From the NCBI GenBank assembly GCA_965220395.1, contig CBDCPT010000001.1, positions 430,401 through 494,400 of the forward strand: DNA of 64,000 bases, given 5' to 3'. The stretch is from Arenicellales bacterium. Its GTDB lineage: Bacteria > Pseudomonadota > Gammaproteobacteria > Arenicellales > JAJDZL01. Below, one piece after another: positions 1-9,796 of the stretch; position 1 is the first letter of the stretch, and the number at the start of each line of letters is the position of its first letter. A program made the position numbers and the translations under genes. A model generated the notes under the pieces. It was given only the letters and a program-made list of their open reading frames with translations. It was not told where the DNA came from and searched no databases.

Positions 1-1
1 G

Positions 2-829
2 ATCGGCTCGGCAATCTATGCAGGCGCATTTGATTTGCCATACGGGCATAGTCGAGCAGACCTCGAAGGGAAAACGATGGGTGAAGAACTTCAGCGTATC
101 GGATACCTCGGCGATTCTTTGCCGGCTGACCACGGATTTTCAGCGTTTTTTGAAGCGCATATCGAACAGGGCCCCATTCTTGAGATGCTTGGCAAGCCTG
201 TCGGCGTCGTAACAGGCGTACAGGGTGTTTGTTGGTATGACGTTACGGTCGTTGGCGAAGAAACCCATGCGGGGCCAACACCGATGGACAAGCGCAAAGA
301 CGCACTGCGGGGTGCCAGCGAACTGGTTTCGCAAATCTACCCGATTGCTGAAAATTCGGGATTTGATGCACGTCTTACCATAGGAGAGTTTCGAATCTAT
401 CCGGGCTCAAGGAATACCGTGCCTTCAAGAGTGGAATTTTCGATCGACATGCGTCATCCGGATGTCGAGGAATTTGACCGGTTGGACCAACAATTGAAAG
501 ACATTGTCGGACAGTTTGATGCAGGCTCCAGCCTGCAGGCGCAGATCAACCGCATTTGGCGCTCACCGCCGATCCAGTTTGACAGCGAGTGCATTGATGT
601 CGTGCGTAACAGTGCAAGTACCTGTGGTTATGACTTCAATGAAATGGTTAGCGGAGCCGGTCACGATTCCGTTTATATTTCCCGAGTAGCACCGACATCG
701 ATGGTTTTCATTCCGTGTGATGGCGGCGTGAGCCACAACGAAGCAGAAAACACTACAAAAGAGTTCGCAGAAGCTGGAGCAAATGTTTTGCTCCACTCCA
801 TCCTGGCAAGGGCTGGAATTTCTGAGTGA
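2..829 (+). CDS. M20-family Zn amidohydrolase (N-carbamoyl-L-amino-acid / allantoate amidohydrolase type), 5' end cut by window edge
   Basis: The frame is open from nt 2 (IGSAIYAGAFDLPYGH...), so the tracked Met at 35 is internal. Motifs ETHAGPTPMDKRKDAL, VSGAGHDS and IPCDGGVSHNEAE fit AmaB/HyuC/AllC-type carbamoyl amidohydrolases. Confidence 0.7.
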   Translation: MGSAIYAGAFDLPYGHSRADLEGKTMGEELQRIGYLGDSLPADHGFSAFFEAHIEQGPILEMLGKPVGVVTGVQGVCWYDVTVVGEETHAGPTPMDKRKDALRGASELVSQIYPIAENSGFDARLTIGEFRIYPGSRNTVPSRVEFSIDMRHPDVEEFDRLDQQLKDIVGQFDAGSSLQAQINRIWRSPPIQFDSECIDVVRNSASTCGYDFNEMVSGAGHDSVYISRVAPTSMVFIPCDGGVSHNEAENTTKEFAEAGANVLLHSILARAGISE

Positions 830-1800
830 CTGATCGAGTCGACGCGCTCGGCATCGGTAATGCGATGGTTGACATTCTGTGCTTTGCTGAAGACAGCGAA
901 TTGCAGAAAATGGGATTGATAAAAGGCTCAATGACACTCATCGATGAGGACGCCGCTGGCGAATTGGAGTCTGCAGTCAAGCCTGCCTCAGTGTGTTCCG
1001 GCGGGTCAGTCGCCAATTCAATAGTGCAGTTGTCTTTGCTGGGCGGCCGCAGTCAATTTATCGGAAAGATTGCTCAAGACAAGATCGGCCAGCAATTCCG
1101 TGAAGACATGAGTCACTCCGGAATTGATTTCAACACACGCCCAGTTCAAAGCGGAACCTCGACCGGACGGTGCTACATATTTGTGACATCTGACGCCCAG
1201 AGAACCATGTGCGCCAGTCTTGGTGCATGCTTGGAGCTTTCTGCCGACGATATTGAAGAAGAAGCGATCAATCGGTCGTCTTTCTTGCTGATTGAAGGGT
1301 ATCTGTGGGATTTACCTGGTGCCAGAGATTTAATTTTCGAATCTTTGAGAGTAGCGAAAGAGGCGGGAACATCAATTGCGCTTACTCTATCAGACCCGTT
1401 TCTAGTTGATAGACACAGAAGTGAGCTGCAAAAATATGTCGAACAGTATGTTGACCTCTTGTTTGCCAATGAATTGGAGGCGCAGAATCTCTACGTATCA
1501 GAAAATCTGGAAGCCACGCTGGAAGATATCAAAGGAAAGGTAAAGCATCTGGTTGTCACTAGGGGTGAACAAGGCTCTGTAGTTCTATCGCAAGGCAAGA
1601 CTTATGTTCGAGAAGTCGAACCGGTACCCGATTTGGTTGATGCGACAGGTGCCGGTGATGCTTATGCGGCAGGATTTCTATATGGCTTTACGCGCGAATG
1701 GTCAATTCCCAAGTGCATGGATGCAGCTTCAGGGATCGCCGCACGGGTTATAAGACAAGTTGGGGGTCGTCTGGATCCCCTTCATCAGCAAACAGACTGA
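826..1800 (+). CDS. PfkB-family sugar/nucleoside kinase (adenosine-kinase-like)
   Basis: N-terminal GIGNAMVD and the C-terminal PfkB signature DATGAGDAYAAGFLYG. The start overlaps the upstream stop by 4 nt. Confidence 0.75.
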   Translation: MTDRVDALGIGNAMVDILCFAEDSELQKMGLIKGSMTLIDEDAAGELESAVKPASVCSGGSVANSIVQLSLLGGRSQFIGKIAQDKIGQQFREDMSHSGIDFNTRPVQSGTSTGRCYIFVTSDAQRTMCASLGACLELSADDIEEEAINRSSFLLIEGYLWDLPGARDLIFESLRVAKEAGTSIALTLSDPFLVDRHRSELQKYVEQYVDLLFANELEAQNLYVSENLEATLEDIKGKVKHLVVTRGEQGSVVLSQGKTYVREVEPVPDLVDATGAGDAYAAGFLYGFTREWSIPKCMDAASGIAARVIRQVGGRLDPLHQQTD

Positions 1801-1832
1801 TTTGCCGAGGTTGTTAATTTTGCAATTGGCAG

Positions 1833-2312
1833 TTACAGTAAAGCCATGATTGTTTCTGCATCACTGACTTTAAATTTGCCAGGTGCTTCTCGATTCAATG
1901 CGGTAACAACGCCATCTTCTACAATCATTGCATAGCGGTCCGAACGGACTCCCAAGCCCCTGTCGGTAAGATCAAGTTCAATGCCTACCGCTTCCGTAAA
2001 ATTCGCACTTCCATCTGCCAGCATCAGAATATTCTCGGCATTTTGGTTACTTCCCCAAGCACCCATCACAAAAGCGTCGTTAACTGACAGGCACGCGATT
2101 GTGTCGATACCTTTGGCAAAAATATTATCGGCATTGACGATATAACCTGGTAGATGATAATCCGAGCAAGTGGGTGTGAACGCTCCTGGAAGCGCAAACA
2201 AAATAACTTTTTTGCCGCTAAAAATTTCTGAAGTCGAAATTTCTGCGGGTCCTTTATCTGTCATGTGATGTAACACTACATCCGGAATTCTGTCACCTAC
2301 GGCGATTGTCAT
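1833..2312 (-). CDS. Peroxiredoxin, Prx5 (AhpC/TSA) subfamily
   Basis: 159 aa with the peroxidatic-Cys motif PGAFTPTCS. Length and layout are typical of Prx5-type peroxiredoxins. Confidence 0.85.
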   Translation of the reverse strand: MTIAVGDRIPDVVLHHMTDKGPAEISTSEIFSGKKVILFALPGAFTPTCSDYHLPGYIVNADNIFAKGIDTIACLSVNDAFVMGAWGSNQNAENILMLADGSANFTEAVGIELDLTDRGLGVRSDRYAMIVEDGVVTALNREAPGKFKVSDAETIMALL

Positions 2313-2506
2313 GTTTATGTCCTCAAAAATTGTTTAAGGGAATTGGCAGATTAGCATACTATTATTGTGCTGTAGATTACACTATATTTGAACGAAATCA
2401 GCAAATCACAGCACCTCGATGATAGTTTACACAGCTGACTCAGTCAGTCCGAGCGTTCCCACGATAATGTAGGAAATTCACACTATAACGGGTCTGAAAA
2501 TATTAT

Positions 2507-3877
2507 ATGAAAACTTCCCACAATTCGTCATTGACAGAGCTGGAAAGACTTATCGAGCGTTATCCTGATATTGAATACGTTGATGCCATCCTATCGGATA
2601 TGAGCTGTTATATACGTGGTAAGAGATTTCCAGTAGCGGAAGCTGGCAAGATCTATACTTCCGGCGTTCAAATCCCGGAAAGCACATTTTTGCTGGATTT
2701 TCTAGGAGCGGGTCCAGATCCCTGCGGGCGCGGTTTTTCCGATGGAGACCCAGATGGCACGCTGATGCCGATTCCTGGAACAACCCAGTACGTTCCCTGG
2801 GGTACGGGACGGAACGCCCAAGTGCTGATGGAACTCTACACCGATGACGGCTCACCGAGTGTTGTTGATCCGAGACATGTGGCAGCACGCGTGCTTGAGC
2901 AATTCAATACTCTGGGATACAAGACAAATATAGCATTTGAACTTGAATTTTACCTGTTGGACGGAGCGTTAGATGAAAAGGGAAGACCAAGAATTGCAGC
3001 ATCGAAAAATGTAGATTCTGGTTCAGTGGAAACACAAGTGTATTCGCTGGAAGATCTCGACAAACATCATGAATTTCTGCGAAGCGTGCATTCAGCGTGC
3101 AAGATTCAAGGAATTCCTGCCTCTGTGGTGATCTCAGAATATTCTCCGGCCCAGTACGAAATCAATTTACGTCATGTGAACGACCCACTTACAGCCGCAG
3201 ATCATTGCATTTTACTGAAGCGAGTTGTTCGTGATGTTGCATTGATGTTTGGAATGCGGGCAACCTTTATGGCCAAACCCTTTATTCAATACAGTGGCAA
3301 TGGCATGCATCTCCACCTGAGTATGGAGGATGATTCCGGGAAGAATGTATTCCAGGGAAAGTCAAAATTGGGAAATTCGCTGATGCGACATGCAATCGGA
3401 GGCCTTTTGGACACCATGTCGGACATGTTTGCGATTTTTGCACCAGGTCGAAATTCATACCGACGATTTGTTCCTAACCTGTACGTGCCGGTCAACCGAT
3501 CTTGGGGATACAACAATCGTTCGGTGACGATTCGAATACCTTCAGGAGACGACAACGCTAGGCGACTAGAGCATCGAATAGCAGGTGCCGATGCAAATCC
3601 GTATCTGGTGCTAGCGGCGCTGCTTGCCGGAGTGCACCACGGCATCGTAAATTCAATCGATCCCGGTGAAGCAACACCAGCAATAAATGTAAGTGGTGAA
3701 ATTGATAAAACACTGCCGCTGGAGTGGAAAAATTCTGTATCAGTATTTCAGTTATCCAAGTTTGCTGCTACATATTTAACCAGTGAATACGTTGAGTTGT
3801 ACTGTGCAGTCAAGCGAGATGAAATCAACCAGTATACGCAGCAGGTGACGGGTCAAGAATATCTATTGTATCTGTGA
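2507..3877 (+). CDS. Glutamine-synthetase-family gamma-glutamyl-amine ligase (PuuA-like)
   Basis: 456 aa with a GS catalytic domain (NGMHLHLS, RIPSGDDNARRLEHRIAGADANPYL). It is followed, with a 4-nt overlap, by a PuuB-like FAD oxidase. Confidence 0.75.
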   Translation: MKTSHNSSLTELERLIERYPDIEYVDAILSDMSCYIRGKRFPVAEAGKIYTSGVQIPESTFLLDFLGAGPDPCGRGFSDGDPDGTLMPIPGTTQYVPWGTGRNAQVLMELYTDDGSPSVVDPRHVAARVLEQFNTLGYKTNIAFELEFYLLDGALDEKGRPRIAASKNVDSGSVETQVYSLEDLDKHHEFLRSVHSACKIQGIPASVVISEYSPAQYEINLRHVNDPLTAADHCILLKRVVRDVALMFGMRATFMAKPFIQYSGNGMHLHLSMEDDSGKNVFQGKSKLGNSLMRHAIGGLLDTMSDMFAIFAPGRNSYRRFVPNLYVPVNRSWGYNNRSVTIRIPSGDDNARRLEHRIAGADANPYLVLAALLAGVHHGIVNSIDPGEATPAINVSGEIDKTLPLEWKNSVSVFQLSKFAATYLTSEYVELYCAVKRDEINQYTQQVTGQEYLLYL

Positions 3878-5202
3878 CATCTTCCCCAAATTCCACCGTC
3901 TCGGTTCACACAAATTCTTACTATGCAGCCAGCGCAGTTGGAATGCGTGATTACCCGTCTCTCGCGAGATCCGAGAGTTGTGAAGTTTGTGTAATCGGTG
4001 GTGGCTATACCGGATTGTCAACCGCGCTGAATCTGGTTGAAAGAGGTTTCGATTCAGTTGTTTTGGAAGCCAGTAAAGTTGGCTGGGGTGCTTCCGGAAG
4101 AAATGGTGGACAGCTTGGATCCGGACTGAACTGGTCGCAGAAAGAACTGGAGAGTGAATTCGGATATGACAGAGCTTCTCAGTTTTGGAAATTGTGTGAA
4201 CAGGCCAAACAGGAAGTGATTCACCGAATCGAACGGCACCGGATTGATTGCGATTTCAAACGCGGCGTTCTGGCCGCTGCAGTAACTCAAAAAGCAGTTA
4301 AGGCTTATCGAGAGCAAGTCGATCATCTGCGAAAAAATTACGGTTACGATTCGATTCGCTATATCGAGAGCACCGAAATTCAGGAGATGCTGGGGACTGA
4401 TAAATATTTAGCCGGGATGCTGGATACAAGCTCCGGACACCTTCATCCACTGAATTTAGCGATAGGACTTGCCAACGCTGCGGTTGATGCGAATGCGCGA
4501 ATCTACGAGAATTCTGCGATGAGTGATTACAAAAAGAATAAAAACGGCTACGTAGTTACAACGGAAAAGGGAAAAGAAGTTCACACGAAGTACATTGTAT
4601 TCGCCTGCAATGCCTACATAGGCAGGGCATCGCCAACCATCAGTCGATTCATAATGCCGTTCACCAGTTACATAATTGCAACTGAACCCCTGAGTGAGAA
4701 GGTTGCACATCGAATCAATCGAGATGATGTTGCAGTTTTCGATTCCAGGTTCTGTTTGGACTACTATCGACTGTCATCAGATCGAAGACTGCTTTTCGGA
4801 GGTGCTGAAAAGTATCTTCCGACTGATCCAGGTGACATCAAAAGCATGGTTAGACCAAGAGTGCTGCATCTGTACCCAGAATTGAGAGACACCAAGACAG
4901 ACTATGCCTGGGGTGGCAGAATCGCGGTAACCATGAATCGACTTCCATCTATCGGGTGTATTGATGGAAATGTCTACTATGCCCAGGGATTTTCCGGTCA
5001 TGGAGTCGCATTGACAAACATTGTCGGAAAAATTCTGGCACAAGCAATCACAGGTTCCGCTGAGGGTTTCGATGTGTTCGCTTCAATTCCACACAAAGGA
5101 TTTACTGGAGGCCGATACCTGCGTTGGCCGATTCATATTCTGACGATGCTATTTTTCAGTATGCGTGACAAGCTCGATGTGCGATTTGGCGGTAGCAGGT
5201 AG
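3874..5202 (+). CDS. FAD-dependent oxidoreductase (gamma-glutamyl-amine oxidase, PuuB-like)
   Basis: DAO-family dinucleotide fold VCVIGGGYTGLSTAL. Translationally coupled to the GS-like gene. Confidence 0.7.
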   Translation: MTSSPNSTVSVHTNSYYAASAVGMRDYPSLARSESCEVCVIGGGYTGLSTALNLVERGFDSVVLEASKVGWGASGRNGGQLGSGLNWSQKELESEFGYDRASQFWKLCEQAKQEVIHRIERHRIDCDFKRGVLAAAVTQKAVKAYREQVDHLRKNYGYDSIRYIESTEIQEMLGTDKYLAGMLDTSSGHLHPLNLAIGLANAAVDANARIYENSAMSDYKKNKNGYVVTTEKGKEVHTKYIVFACNAYIGRASPTISRFIMPFTSYIIATEPLSEKVAHRINRDDVAVFDSRFCLDYYRLSSDRRLLFGGAEKYLPTDPGDIKSMVRPRVLHLYPELRDTKTDYAWGGRIAVTMNRLPSIGCIDGNVYYAQGFSGHGVALTNIVGKILAQAITGSAEGFDVFASIPHKGFTGGRYLRWPIHILTMLFFSMRDKLDVRFGGSR

Positions 5203-5423
5203 TTGGCGTTTGATAACTGTCACCGACTGGATGAATTCACCATCAAATATTTCGTGATATAACTATTTACTGGTTGAGTAACTGGAATGTTTTTTACCAG
5301 GCAATTTGTGGTTAGATGAATTTATCTAGGATCAAATCAAACACCCAAAATGAATACAGACACGGAGAAGCAACGCTATGTCAACGTCGTCGAGAAGTCT
5401 GATAATTGGTTAGCAGAGGAGAA

Positions 5424-5876
5424 ATGGCACACCCCGATTTAATCATCAGGCCCCTGGAGGCTGCAGACGAAGCAGACTGGCGCCGTCTGTGGTCGCAATA
5501 TTTAGAGTTCTATAAAACTACGCTTCCGCCTGAGGTTTATGATCGCACATTCTGGAGGCTTGTTTCTCCAGACGAAGAAGATTGTGTAGCACATATCGCT
5601 CTTTTGAATGGGCAGGCTTTGGGAATTGTACATTGCGTGTTCCACATCAACCTGTGGGAACTTAATAAGGTGTGTTATTTGCATGACCTGTTCACAGTCG
5701 CAGAAGCTCGAAATAAAGGTGTCGGCCGGGCACTGATTGAAACAGTTTATCGAAATGCAGATGCCAAGGACGTGCAGACAGTCTACTGGATGACGCAGGA
5801 GTTCAATAACACAGCCCGATACCTCTACGACAAAATTGGCAAGCGAACTCCATTTATTGAATATACAAGAGCCTGA
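5424..5876 (+). CDS. GNAT-family N-acetyltransferase
   Basis: Acetyl-CoA motif ARNKGVGRALIE. The ATG at 5424 is preceded by AGAGGAG; the tracked start at 5406 is TTG. Confidence 0.7.
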   Translation: MAHPDLIIRPLEAADEADWRRLWSQYLEFYKTTLPPEVYDRTFWRLVSPDEEDCVAHIALLNGQALGIVHCVFHINLWELNKVCYLHDLFTVAEARNKGVGRALIETVYRNADAKDVQTVYWMTQEFNNTARYLYDKIGKRTPFIEYTRA

Positions 5877-5919
5877 TGCTCAACTTACTGTTTCAAAAGG
5901 CATACATGAGGAGATTGAA

Positions 5920-7311
5920 ATGACCAGCGCGGTAAAAGCTGTCCCAACGATCAACGCAGTCGAAGAAATTCAAAGTATTTTTGGTGATCGCGTAATTACT
6001 TCCGAGAGTGTCTGTCAGGAATTCGGCTCAGACGAATCCTTTCATGGCAATTATCCGCCAGATGCTGTATTTGCTCCCCAGACTACAGAAGAAGTAGCGC
6101 AAGTTGTAGAGATTTGCGCAAAGCATAAATTTCCAGTGATTCCTTACGGAACGGGTACAAGTTTGGAAGGACATATTTGCGCTCTGCATGGCGGAATTTG
6201 TCTGAACATGATCGAAATGAACCAGGTATTACAGGTTAATGCGGATGATCTGGATGTTGTCGTGCAGCCTGGAGTCACTCGAAAACAACTGAATCAGTAT
6301 CTGAAAGATTCAGGACTGTTTTTTCCGATTGATCCGGGAGCGGATGCGTCTCTCGGGGGTATGGCAGCGACGAGAGCGTCTGGCACCAATGCCGTTCGTT
6401 ATGGCACCATGCGTGAAAATGTGCTGTCGTTGACAGTTGTATTAGCAGATGGGAGGATTATCAAAACAGCCAAGAGAGCACGCAAATCTTCGGCTGGATA
6501 CGATTTGACGAGGTTGTTCGTAGGTTCGGAAGGCACCTTGGGCATCATCACCGAGATCAGCCTGAGAGTCTATGGAATCCCAGAAAAAATCTCCTCGGCA
6601 GTTGTCGCTTTTCCAGAACTAAGTGATGCTGTCAATGCGGTGATTATGACCATTCAGATGGGCATCCCGATTGCTAGAATTGAGTTATTGGACGACGCCA
6701 TGATGCAGGCTCTAAATCGGTATTCCAAAATGGACTATCCAGAAGAGCACACACTGTTTCTTGAATTTCATGGAACGGAGATTTCTGTTCAGGAACAGGT
6801 AGAGACGGTGCAGGTGATCAGTGAAGAGTTTGGTGGTGGAAATTTTCAGTGGACTGCACACACAGAAGATAGAAATCGGCTGTGGCAAGCGAGACACGAC
6901 GCAGCCTATGCTGCGAAAGCTATGCGGCCGAATGCACAGATATGGGCAACCGATGTTTGCGTACCAATCTCAAGACTGGCCGAGTGTATTATGGAAACCA
7001 AGCAGGATATTATTGATTCTAATCTGCAGGCACCGATAGTCGGGCATGTAGGTGATGGCAATTTCCATTTAGTGCTGCTGGTAGACCATACGGACCTAGA
7101 AGAAGAAAAAAGGGCGCAAGATATGCACGAAAGAATGGTCATGCGTGCACTCGAAATGGATGGAACCAGCACTGGGGAGCACGGAATCGGCTATGGAAAA
7201 CTGGATTTTCTTATTGCTGAACACGGTGAAGCCGTCAGCGTCATGCGAACCATCAAACAAGCGCTGGATCCAGACAACATTCTGAATCCTGGAAAAATTG
7301 TTCGCGTTTGA
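5920..7311 (+). CDS. FAD-linked oxidase (D-lactate dehydrogenase / GlcD-like)
   Basis: FAD-binding PCMH domain (PVIPYGTGTSLEGH) and a C-terminal GEHGIGYGK motif. The ATG at 5920 follows GAGGAG; the tracked 5836 start would overlap the GNAT gene. Confidence 0.8.
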   Translation: MTSAVKAVPTINAVEEIQSIFGDRVITSESVCQEFGSDESFHGNYPPDAVFAPQTTEEVAQVVEICAKHKFPVIPYGTGTSLEGHICALHGGICLNMIEMNQVLQVNADDLDVVVQPGVTRKQLNQYLKDSGLFFPIDPGADASLGGMAATRASGTNAVRYGTMRENVLSLTVVLADGRIIKTAKRARKSSAGYDLTRLFVGSEGTLGIITEISLRVYGIPEKISSAVVAFPELSDAVNAVIMTIQMGIPIARIELLDDAMMQALNRYSKMDYPEEHTLFLEFHGTEISVQEQVETVQVISEEFGGGNFQWTAHTEDRNRLWQARHDAAYAAKAMRPNAQIWATDVCVPISRLAECIMETKQDIIDSNLQAPIVGHVGDGNFHLVLLVDHTDLEEEKRAQDMHERMVMRALEMDGTSTGEHGIGYGKLDFLIAEHGEAVSVMRTIKQALDPDNILNPGKIVRV

Positions 7312-7356
7312 GAAAAAGTTTTTCTGCTTGGGATAATTATCCCGCTAATTCAAAAA

Positions 7357-7383
7357 TCTGAATCCATTCAGAGCGGATTCAGA
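7357..7383. terminator. Hairpin between convergent genes (possible bidirectional terminator)
   Basis: TCTGAATCC (7357-7365) pairs with GGATTCAGA (7375-7383) around a 9-nt loop, in the 77-bp gap between two convergent stops. There is no long T-run. Confidence 0.4.
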
Positions 7384-7388
7384 TGTTA

Positions 7389-7688
7389 TCACGCAGATGA
7401 AGCAGACGCCTCATCGCCAGCGGCATTAGCGGGGCTGGAGTTGTAGTAAATTTCTTTTGAACTGTCATCATCTTTTCTCAACAGTCCTTTTTCAACAAAA
7501 AGACGTAAAGTGTTGTTCACAGTCGCTCGGGATACAGGTGGCCACGGGCCATTGACGTTTCGATAAATTTCCTCTGCAGACATGATATCTGATTTATCCA
7601 AGATGACCCTTGCAATACGAAGACGCTGCTGCGATGGCATAATGCCGTTGTCACGTAAGTATGAGTCTAGGTCAATGTTTGTCATCAT
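7389..7688 (-). CDS. Fur-family-like winged-helix protein, truncated (DNA-binding half only)
   Basis: QRLRIARVIL...SAEEIYRNV...ATVNNTLRLFVEKGLL resembles the Fur N-terminal domain. At 99 aa it ends in an Ala/Ser-rich tail and shows no His/Cys metal-site motifs. Confidence 0.5.
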   Translation of the reverse strand: MMTNIDLDSYLRDNGIMPSQQRLRIARVILDKSDIMSAEEIYRNVNGPWPPVSRATVNNTLRLFVEKGLLRKDDDSSKEIYYNSSPANAAGDEASASSA

Positions 7689-7838
7689 TTTTGAAATCTA
7701 CCATAAATATTCAACTGATTACTGGATTGATATAAGTTTAACAGAAAAGAGTTTTAATGTCTAATTTGATGGATTTCATTTTGCATTTGAGGCGGAAATC
7801 AGATCTATACAAGTTTCAGAATTCAAATATTTCTCCCA

Positions 7839-7853
7839 AATGAAATTCATAAT
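7839..7853. promoter_or_regulatory. Fur-box-like AT-rich palindrome
   Basis: AATGAAATTCATAAT matches 12/15 positions of the Fur-box core AATGATAATCATTAT. It lies 13 nt upstream of the 7866 ORF, in the divergent spacer. Confidence 0.25.
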
Positions 7854-7865
7854 AATTTACTGCTC

Positions 7866-8393
7866 ATGAATAGTTCCTGTTCAGATTCTCAGAACATTGA
7901 TGATCTACTGAAAGCGTTTGCAGCAATAGCTCATGGTGGGTTGATTTTGATGATTGGAGAATCGACGCTGGCCTATCAGCGGTCTATACTGTCTGGTATG
8001 AATGCAATGACGCGGCTCGTCATCAATCTCCCCCCAAATGCGTCTGCGATGAATATTGAGGAGTCTCTAGTTTCTGATCTCAGAGTTGCAGTACATCAGC
8101 AGAATCCAGAAGAGTTTCTGAGCGATATTAGCCATCACACATTGAACCTCGTTGTATTGGGGTACAAAGAAATCAGCGTTCATCTGACAAGACAGATTTA
8201 CGCGATGCTTGTTGAGGGAGGCTCAGTTATATTGCTGCGGTCATCGCAATCCCTGAATGCCAAAATCGATGAGGAACTTTGCGCTTTTCACTCGGCAGAT
8301 ATTGATTCGTGCAAGTTGTTAGTAAAGAAGTCGCAGCAAGCTTCAAAGATACGAAAAGGTGGGCGACGAGCAAGACTCGCGGCGAGTGACTGA
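7866..8393 (+). CDS. Hypothetical protein (weak resemblance to class I O-methyltransferase fold)
   Basis: 175-aa ORF. GGLILMIGEST and LNLVVLGYKE...LVEGGSVILL loosely recall COMT-like methyltransferases, but there is no clear SAM motif. Confidence 0.35.
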   Translation: MNSSCSDSQNIDDLLKAFAAIAHGGLILMIGESTLAYQRSILSGMNAMTRLVINLPPNASAMNIEESLVSDLRVAVHQQNPEEFLSDISHHTLNLVVLGYKEISVHLTRQIYAMLVEGGSVILLRSSQSLNAKIDEELCAFHSADIDSCKLLVKKSQQASKIRKGGRRARLAASD

Positions 8394-8460
8394 TCTGTTC
8401 AGATTGATAGAAAAATTGGAAGTGAACTTACCACTCTAAAGCAAAATTAGCGGTTCAAGC

Positions 8461-9249
8461 CTACCACTGATTTCTCAATTCCCGCAACTTCAAAAACACA
8501 GTTTTTCTGTCAGGTTTATCTGGCAGGTCAGGGAATGACTCTCGCAGTGTCTCGATAACGTTAGGACTACTGAGGCGAAAAAAAGTGTTGAAAGTTTGTT
8601 CCATGGCAAGCGTTGTAATCATTGCATTGTCAGGATCTTGCGCTTGAACTTTCAACAGCAAATCGGCAGCGACTTGATTGTCTGGCTCGCGGTCTAGTGT
8701 AAAGCCTAGATTGTTCTCAATGTAATCATGGCCTGGATAGACTAGCGTGCTGTCTGGGAGCTTCGCGAGCTGACTGGCGAATGTTTCGTAGAGTTCATGC
8801 GGATGTCCTCCATGATGGCAGTTTCCAGCACCTGCGTTAAACAGTGTATCTCCGCAAAAAAGCGCAGGAGTGTCTCCATGTGACAAAATGCAAATATGAC
8901 TCATCGTATGACCTGGAGTGTCTAACACTTCCAGTTCCACTCTGCCAACCCGAATGACATCTCCAGCTCCCACACCGCGATCCATACCAGAAATTTTGTC
9001 GAATGCATTTTCATGGGCGATCAATTTTGCGCCGGTTGCTGAAATCATGGCATCATTGCCGCCAGTGTGATCATGATGCTCATGTGTGTTGAGAATACTG
9101 GTAATTTCCCAACCTATTTTTTTTGCTCGGGATAGGCATTTCTGGTGGTCAAGAGGATCAACAGCGAGTGCTTCTCCGGAATCAGGACAGGCGATCAGGT
9201 AATTGAAATTTCGATAAGCGTTGTCAGTCCAGATTTGTTCTACTATCAC
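8461..9249 (-). CDS. gloB: Hydroxyacylglutathione hydrolase (glyoxalase II, MBL fold)
   Basis: THEHHDHTGGN metal motif and a GloB-like C-terminus. The GTG at 9249 follows AGAGGAGGAG directly after the upstream stop and gives a typical length of about 262 aa; the tracked start at 9324 overlaps the upstream gene. Confidence 0.8.
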   Translation of the reverse strand: MIVEQIWTDNAYRNFNYLIACPDSGEALAVDPLDHQKCLSRAKKIGWEITSILNTHEHHDHTGGNDAMISATGAKLIAHENAFDKISGMDRGVGAGDVIRVGRVELEVLDTPGHTMSHICILSHGDTPALFCGDTLFNAGAGNCHHGGHPHELYETFASQLAKLPDSTLVYPGHDYIENNLGFTLDREPDNQVAADLLLKVQAQDPDNAMITTLAMEQTFNTFFRLSSPNVIETLRESFPDLPDKPDRKTVFLKLRELRNQW

Positions 9250-9262
9250 GAACTCCTCCTCT

Positions 9263-9796
9263 TCATGGTTGCCGTTTGGCCTTTCGGGCATCGAGAGCGG
9301 GATTGGTAATGTGTTCGATCTCACTCATGTTTAGGCCTGAAATGCGGTACGCTTGTCCAAAGCCTTTTATGTACACTCCGAGTTTTGGTGCCAGTGAATA
9401 CAGGTTGAAGTCTGCAAGTTGCACCAGCGTATCAACGATAGCACCGAATCGCTCTTTATACAGTGGTATCCATGTTTGAAACTCAGGACTTTTTCGTTCG
9501 TGGCGCGTCGCAGTACATTCAATGATTAGACGCTCACGTGCAAATAGATTCTGAGAGGTCTTTTCGTCTTCAATGATCATTACAGAAACGTCGTGGTTTT
9601 TTGCAATATTGTGGGTGTGCTGTGCTAAGTCACTCAAGAACACATAGAAAGTTAGATTTTCACCACTGACAAAGGGCGCATAACTTACGCTTGGTGCTCC
9701 TGATTCAGACACGGTGGCCATTTCGAGTGAAAGATGGTTTCGAACCAATTTGTTGACGTCGTTTGGAATCTGATTCACTGAATCTGCCATGTTCAT
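9263..9796 (-). CDS. HutZ/HugZ-like PNPOx-fold heme-utilisation protein
   Basis: LEMATVSESGAPSVSYAPFV...VSVMIIEDE...FARERL...ERFG...FNLY...YIKGFGQAY follows the HutZ pattern. ATGA overlap with metC. Confidence 0.65.
   Translation of the reverse strand: MNMADSVNQIPNDVNKLVRNHLSLEMATVSESGAPSVSYAPFVSGENLTFYVFLSDLAQHTHNIAKNHDVSVMIIEDEKTSQNLFARERLIIECTATRHERKSPEFQTWIPLYKERFGAIVDTLVQLADFNLYSLAPKLGVYIKGFGQAYRISGLNMSEIEHITNPALDARKAKRQP

Noticed and set aside
5836-5919. N-terminal extension of the FAD-linked oxidase (tracked start at 5836)
   Set aside because: It would overlap the GNAT gene by 41 nt. The ATG at 5920 has a GAGGAG RBS and gives a family-typical N-terminus.
7312-7343. Two perfect palindromes (GAAAAAGTTTTTC at 7312-24, GGGATAATTATCCC at 7330-43) after the oxidase gene
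   Set aside because: They lie in a 77-bp convergent gap together with a third hairpin. They are most simply terminator or stability elements, and there is no evidence for a binding protein.
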